Below, in pieces: positions 59,163 through 64,000 of a DNA stretch of 64,000 nt; the first letter of the stretch is position 1; the number at the start of each line of letters is the position of its first letter. The DNA is from a bacterium (lineage in GTDB: Bacteria > SAR324 > NAC60-12), in assembly GCA_965209155.1 (NCBI GenBank), contig OZ242383.1, positions 1,280,001 to 1,344,000 on the forward strand, written 5' to 3'. Made by a program: the position numbers and the translations under genes. The notes beneath the pieces were generated by a model, which worked only from the letters and a program-made list of their open reading frames with translations, ran no database searches and had not been told where the DNA came from.

Positions 59163-59371
59163 AACGCAATTCGTTCTTCTTGGAAGTTGCCTTTTGCAGC
59201 AGAGATTGCATCCTGCTTGTTAAACTCTAAAACTTCCCGTAAAGTAATTCTTAAACTGTCCAGTAATTCTTCTCTCGTTGCTTCTTGGCAATTGACCCCA
59301 GGGATTTCCTCAATCCAGCCAATCCACCAATCTCCTGATTGTTTGATGATTGCAGTATATTCATTATTCAT
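59159..59371 (-). CDS. hicB: Short HicB family antitoxin
   Basis: YTAIIKQ.GDWWIGWIEEIPGVNCQE.TREEL. Confidence 0.85.
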   Translation of the reverse strand: MNNEYTAIIKQSGDWWIGWIEEIPGVNCQEATREELLDSLRITLREVLEFNKQDAISAAKGNFQEERIAL

Positions 59372-59755
59372 AAATTCCCTGATGCTTTTTAGATGATTCA
59401 ATACACAATTTTTGCTCTGTTAATAATTCTCCTTATCCCAATAAAAGTTATTACCATCTAATTCTTTCACAGTCCAGACTCTACTGCCCATTGCTTGACA
59501 AACTGAAGCTCTGGTGACTCTTCCATTTTTTCTAGTGGCATTCCCGCAACTTCTATTCCTTTACTCAAGAGAATTTCTAAATGATTGAAGCACTTGCTCC
59601 AATTGATCGAACCTCTTTTCATCCACCAGCCGTTTTTTCCCCTAACCGACCCCTGGACTCAAACTGGTCGTCGCCTTCATCAGGGCCTCTTGTTTTTCAC
59701 AAGAGGGCCAACGATCAAAATAGGCCTTCACCCCTTCTGAGGCATCAAAAAGTTA

Positions 59756-59940
59756 AAGAATTTCTGCTGGTCTCTCTTTTTCTCTTGGGATAGTTTTCAA
59801 GAAATTGCCTTTGGCTGAAGGTTTTTAAGAATTTCTGCTGGTCTTTCTATTTCTTTTTTGATAATTTTCAACGAAATCAGCCTTTGGCTGATGGAAGGGC
59901 AATATTGATAGATTTCAAGAAATCGCCTTTGGCCGAAGGG
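59756..59940 (+). repeat. ~71-bp tandem repeat (two units plus a partial third)
   Basis: AAGAATTTCTGCTGGTCT at 59756 and 59827; GCCTTTGGCYGA three times. Confidence 0.75.
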
Positions 59941-60121
59941 TTTATTTCAATGTCGCTCCAATTTATTTAGCCGAAAGTCATGTAAAACCTCAAATCCTCA
60001 CCAGAGGATTTTTAGAAACGGTCAACGGGGAATGGAAAATTGCTAAAAATGTTGACTTCTGTATCTCAATATGAAAAGTAATTTCGTTGATCTATAGAAG
60101 ACACTCATAAAGGAGGTCGTT

Positions 60122-60262
60122 ATGAAACGAACATTATCTTTTTCGAGCGATATTCCTGTGTATCTTAAGAAATTTCTGGCCCGATTTGTTGGGCTGACCG
60201 TGGCAGGCGTCGTGTCTGCTGCGAAAATCCGATTCGCCCTGAGACGGGTGAATCATTCCTGA
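60122..60262 (+). CDS. Putative 46-aa small cationic/hydrophobic protein
   Basis: Strong SD AAGGAGGT; MKRTLSFSSDIPVYLKKFLARFVGLTVAGVVSAAKIRFALRRVNHS*. Confidence 0.5.
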   Translation: MKRTLSFSSDIPVYLKKFLARFVGLTVAGVVSAAKIRFALRRVNHS

Positions 60263-60298
60263 AACCCTCAAATGAAAGAGGTAAATATGAGTTTTATA

Positions 60299-61870
60299 GT
60301 AACTATTTAGGATTCTTTAGATCCCCCATTGATTTAAGCACAGATTTTGCATGGCATAAAGTCCAGAAAGGACATTATGCTCTCGAAAGTTCATAAGTAT
60401 ATTCATTCCATTTCATCGACAGCCCCCCTTGAGGCTCTTCAAGAAGCCTGTCAACTCTTTGAAAAAGAACGGGAGCAATGGAAGAAAGAGCGATTAAAAC
60501 TCCTCGAACGTCTCGAAATAGAAAATAAGCGTATTGAAGCGCTCGAAGCAGAAAATAAGCAACTTCGGGATCAGCTGGCTCTCAACAGCCAAAACTCAAG
60601 TAAACCTCCTTCCACCGATCAAAGTCGAAAGAACAAAAGCTTACGTAAAAGCAGGGGTCGCTCTCGCGGAGGTCAACCCGGTCATAAAGGCCATCATTTG
60701 TCTTTCAGTGAATCACCAGATCATGTGGAGCCTCATTTTGTCAACACCTGTGAAACCTGTGGAGAAGATTTATCCAAGGTGGCGGTTGAGGCCACGCATA
60801 AACGTCAGGTCTTTGATCTCCCTGCTCTCCAATTAGAGGTTACTGAACACCAGGTGGAACAAAAAATTTGTCCCTGCTGCCGGCATCTGAATCACTCGAG
60901 CTTTCCAGCAGGGATAGAGGGACCCACTCAATATGGTCCCCGGATCAAAGGCTTAGCGGTTTATCTCAATCAATATCAGTTTCTGCCCTTTGATCGATGC
61001 CAGCAATTCTTTGAGGATCTGTTCGGCCAGCCGCTCAATGCGGCCACGATTTATGCTAGCCTCCAGCAAGCCGCCCAGAGGCTTTATCCCTTCCAACAAC
61101 AAGTGGCTGAAGCTCTGATTCAAGCGGAGGTGGTTCATTTTGATGAAACCTCTTTGTTTGAAAACAAACAACGTCGCTGGCTTCATTCAGCCTCTACCGA
61201 AGAGCTGACCTTTTATTTTATCCACGACAAACGGGGTCAAGCCGGAATGGATGCTGCCGGTATCCTGCCTCAGTTTGAAAAGACAGCTATTCATGATCAC
61301 TGGGAGAGCTACCAGCATTATGAGTGTGATCATGGCTTTTGCAATGCGCATCATTTACGTGAACTCTCTCGGGCCTATGAACAAGAAAAGGCCTTGTGGG
61401 CTCAGGAGATGAGCGCCTTACTGGTAGAGATCAAAGAGCAAGTAGACCAAGCCAAGTTCAAAGAACAATCTGCTTTGAGTCCAATCCAACTGGATCACTT
61501 CCGCCAACGCTATCGTGATATCACCCAAGAAGCCCTTGAGCTCTATCCTCCCCCTCCTCAAACAAAGAAACGAGGACGCCCCAAACAGAGCAAAGCCAAA
61601 AATTTACTCGATCGCTTGATCCTCTATGAAAAGGAAAGCTTGTTATTCATGGATGACTTCCGGGTTCCTTTTGACAACAACCAAGCCGAGAGAGATATCC
61701 GCATGGTCAAATTGAAACAAAAAATCTCAGGCGGCTTCCGAACTGCTGAAGGAACGCAGGCTTTTTGTATCATCCGAGGAGCCATTTCCACTACCAGAAA
61801 ACAGGGGAAATCCATCCTCGAGTTGCTCACTCAGGCTTTGCATCCTTCACATGCTCCTCTTTGTTACTGA
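60299..61870 (+). mobile_element. IS66 family (single-ORF, ISBst12-like) element: left terminal repeat plus transposase ORF 60347-61870
   Basis: GTAACTATTTAGG; NSQNSSKPPSTD, GGQPGHKG, C..C zinc finger, HFDET, IHD, VPFDNNQAERDIR..K.KQKISG; no adjacent right repeat. Confidence 0.92.
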
Positions 61871-62177
61871 AACTCTCCTTTTTTTAAACGTTCCGCCCCC
61901 TGCGTGGCCAAAAGTATTCATAGCAAACGTAGCATCGTCAATGCGATTTTGTATGTCCTGAAAACGGCTTGTCAGTGGAGCATGCTTGCCCATGATTTAC
62001 CTCCCTGGCAAAGCGTTTACGATCATTATCGCCGTTGGAAAAAACGCTGGATTGTGGAGCGAACATTCGCTTTTTGGCTCATGCCGAAGATGGACCGCAA
62101 TATATTTTTTTATAGCTGACCTCCATTGTTGCGCAATTCTCCTGATCCAAACTTGCTATAGGCTTTGCGCCGCGTAG
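61844..62177 (+). mobile_element. Internally deleted IS5-family transposase remnant, copy 2
   Basis: RSIVNAILYVLKTACQWSMLAHDLPPWQSVYDHYRRW fused to KKRWIVERTFA. Confidence 0.82.
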
Positions 62178-62433
62178 TAGTGCTGAAATCGTGCCTTGTT
62201 GTTGCGGGGAAGGAGAGGATTTCCGCTCGTTTGATTCAAAATCAGCTGTGGGAGGATTCCCGCTCGATCGATTGAACAATACCCTGGGAGGATGTGAAAA
62301 CGATGGATCCTTCCCGGGAATCTTTTTTCAATGTTATTGAACTGAACGGCTTCTGACTGTCCCCGGATTTGAGCAGATTTATTGATTTTTTGTTTTTTTT
62401 TTGCAAATCCCGCATTTATTTTACCTCAGGGGA

Positions 62434-62461
62434 TTGACATTGCGTTTTTTTGTGTTATAAT
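62434..62461 (+). promoter_or_regulatory. Consensus sigma70 promoter TTGACA-N16-TATAAT (extended -10)
   Basis: Perfect hexamers; no CDS downstream on this strand. Confidence 0.8.
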
Positions 62462-62468
62462 CCTGCCA

Positions 62469-62565
62469 TCGCTAAGTTGTTTTAGCGAATGAGAGGGTTC
62501 CCGATCGATGGAACAATATCGTGAGAGGACTTGAAAACGATCGATCCTCTCCGGGAATCTTTTTT
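62469..62565 (+). ncRNA. Candidate structured RNA motif, copy A
   Basis: Hairpin TCGCTAA/TTAGCGA; P1 GGGTTCCCG/CGGGAATCT; P2 CGAT/ATCG; P3 GAGAGGA/TCCTCTC; U6. Confidence 0.6.
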
Positions 62566-62662
62566 AAACGATATTGAACTAAACGGCTTCTGACTGTCCC
62601 CGGATTTGAGTAGATTTATTGATTTTTTGTTTTTTTTTGCGAATCCCGAATTTATTTTACAT

Positions 62663-64000
62663 GGGTGTAATTAAAAGTGAGGGGCATTTCAATTAAGCCC
62701 TTTGAAGTTGTTGCCAATAACAATCCCATTTTCGATTGGCTCTTACCACCCTGAGTTGAATCATCTGATCGGCATGTTGTTTTTTCCACCAAGCACCAGG
62801 GAGTTTGAGCCGTTTTTGGATGAGGGAACGATGGGCGCTTTCAATTTTTCCAGAGCCGATAGGGAGTTGTTGATCAATAGCTGTTTTGTATTCAAACTGT
62901 CCGGGACGATTTTTCATGTAACGTACCAAAGCGCGAATGGGGGCCTTTTCATTGGGAATAGATTCGGATTCTTGCCTGGATATAAATTGCTCTAACACGC
63001 TGTCAGCTCCTCCTTTTTTCAAGATTTGCTTCTGCTTTTTCAGGAACGGTGAGCCGTCTTCAAAAGCGGCTTGGCAGGCTGCACCAAGATAATCACAGAG
63101 ATGATAAAAATCGATGAGATAGTTCGCCTGAGCGCCAAAATGAGTTTCGATTTTTTCACAGATCCAAGGGGCTCCATCCCCTAAAGCATGAATCTTCGTC
63201 TGCTTTCCCAGTCCCGCTTTAAGCGCGACCTCTTTCATTTGAAAACCCGCTTCATCTCTGCCGTTCAAGGTTCCAGCATAAATGGGGTCGACACTTCCTC
63301 GAGCATAGGCTAAGGAGGTAATCCCTTCTTTCCAACTCACTTGACGCGTTTTTCTGCGATCCCCCGTAAAAGTAGAGTCTGCCGTCTCTACCAGAGGCAC
63401 CATGGTGCCATCACTTTGCACAATCACCACCCCCGCCCCACTGGCCTCCCTGCTGGACTGCTGCTCTTCTTTCAGGGAGAAACATCTCTGACTGTGATGG
63501 AGGGTTCGCGCTCGAATACTGCTGGAAGGAATGTCAATGCCATAATGCTCCTTGAGTTTCTGGCTCGCTGCTGCAAAGGAGACATCGGCCCCAAAATCCA
63601 CCATCGCTCGCTGCAGAGGCTCTGAATAACCTTGGCACTGAACCCCAATCGAGGCACTCAAGGGTCTCTGTCTTTTTCCTCGCCGTCCTTCCCTGAAAAC
63701 AAGTTCTTCGATTCCAATGGGACCAAAGGTGCTGTGCCAATATATTTTTTTTTACCATCTCGGATCAGATCCGCTTTTTGAGAAGACTCTGCTTCTTTTA
63801 TATCGGACTGATGGCCCAACCAGCCTTGAAGCACTTCCTGACCTAATTTACACACTTCTTCAATCGTCCGCCTCTCAGCCTCATCGGCTGTTTGGCAACT
63901 CCCATCGTCATTTTCGATAATCCCCAGAATGGATTCCATCCGATGGCGCAGGTGAGGATATTTCGACAGCCGTTCTGCTAATGAAAAAGATGACTCGTCA
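62663..64000 (-). mobile_element. ISKra4 family (UPF0236-type) transposase in two frames, 5' end outside the window
   Basis: End GGGTGTAATTAAAAGTG; DGTMVP, LGDGAPWI, LIDFYH, LPIGSG.IESAH...KRLK..GAWW; A9 run at 63745-63753. Confidence 0.88.

Larger units (their letters stand above)
62251..62660 (+). repeat. Tandem ~237-bp units: RNA motif B, RAYT-type end, AT-rich region, promoter, RNA motif A, RAYT-type end
   Basis: CTGTCCCCGGATTT at 62357 and 62594; the next unit is cut by ISKra4. Confidence 0.85.

Noticed and set aside
59400..59750. Possible decayed transposase or gene scraps on the minus strand (…AMGSRVWTVKEL…)
   Set aside because: Too degraded to assign.
59756..59940. Possible CRISPR array
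   Set aside because: Only 2-3 degenerate units, the 'spacers' resemble each other, and no cas genes are present.

Overview
Bacterial chromosomal window, roughly mid-GC. The gene content suggests a Deltaproteobacteria/SAR324-like, possibly host-associated organism (inference only). Housekeeping blocks: a MoxR-DUF58-vWA operon, rimJ, hslO, chaC, acyl-CoA genes, a cysteine desulfurase, manA, ffs-dnaX-ybaB, hisFA, arsS, pyrB, ruvB, dapB, valS, lolA, rph and lgt. Accessory islets lie at ~1-10.7 kb, 31.6-34.0 kb, 36.5-41.8 kb and 59.0-64 kb. They carry GC-richer family-5 ABC substrate-binding proteins (SBPs), PhyH dioxygenases, toxin-antitoxin pairs, Uma2 nucleases and remnants of IS66, IS5, ISKra4, RAYT and a group II intron. 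The most striking unannotated signal is a modular repeat family. The IS66-type transposase at 60.3-61.9 kb is followed by an internally deleted IS5 piece and tandem copies of a structured RNA module (5' hairpin, three-way junction, U-run, conserved 8-codon uORF) with a sigma70 promoter. Derivatives keep the same module order and end in an IS66-type terminal repeat. They sit upstream of two divergent SBP genes that share a ~94%-identical, internally duplicated RBS/signal-peptide leader. This looks like a transposon-derived portable expression cassette with its own ncRNA or attenuator. No CRISPR array, rRNA or tRNA was recognised.
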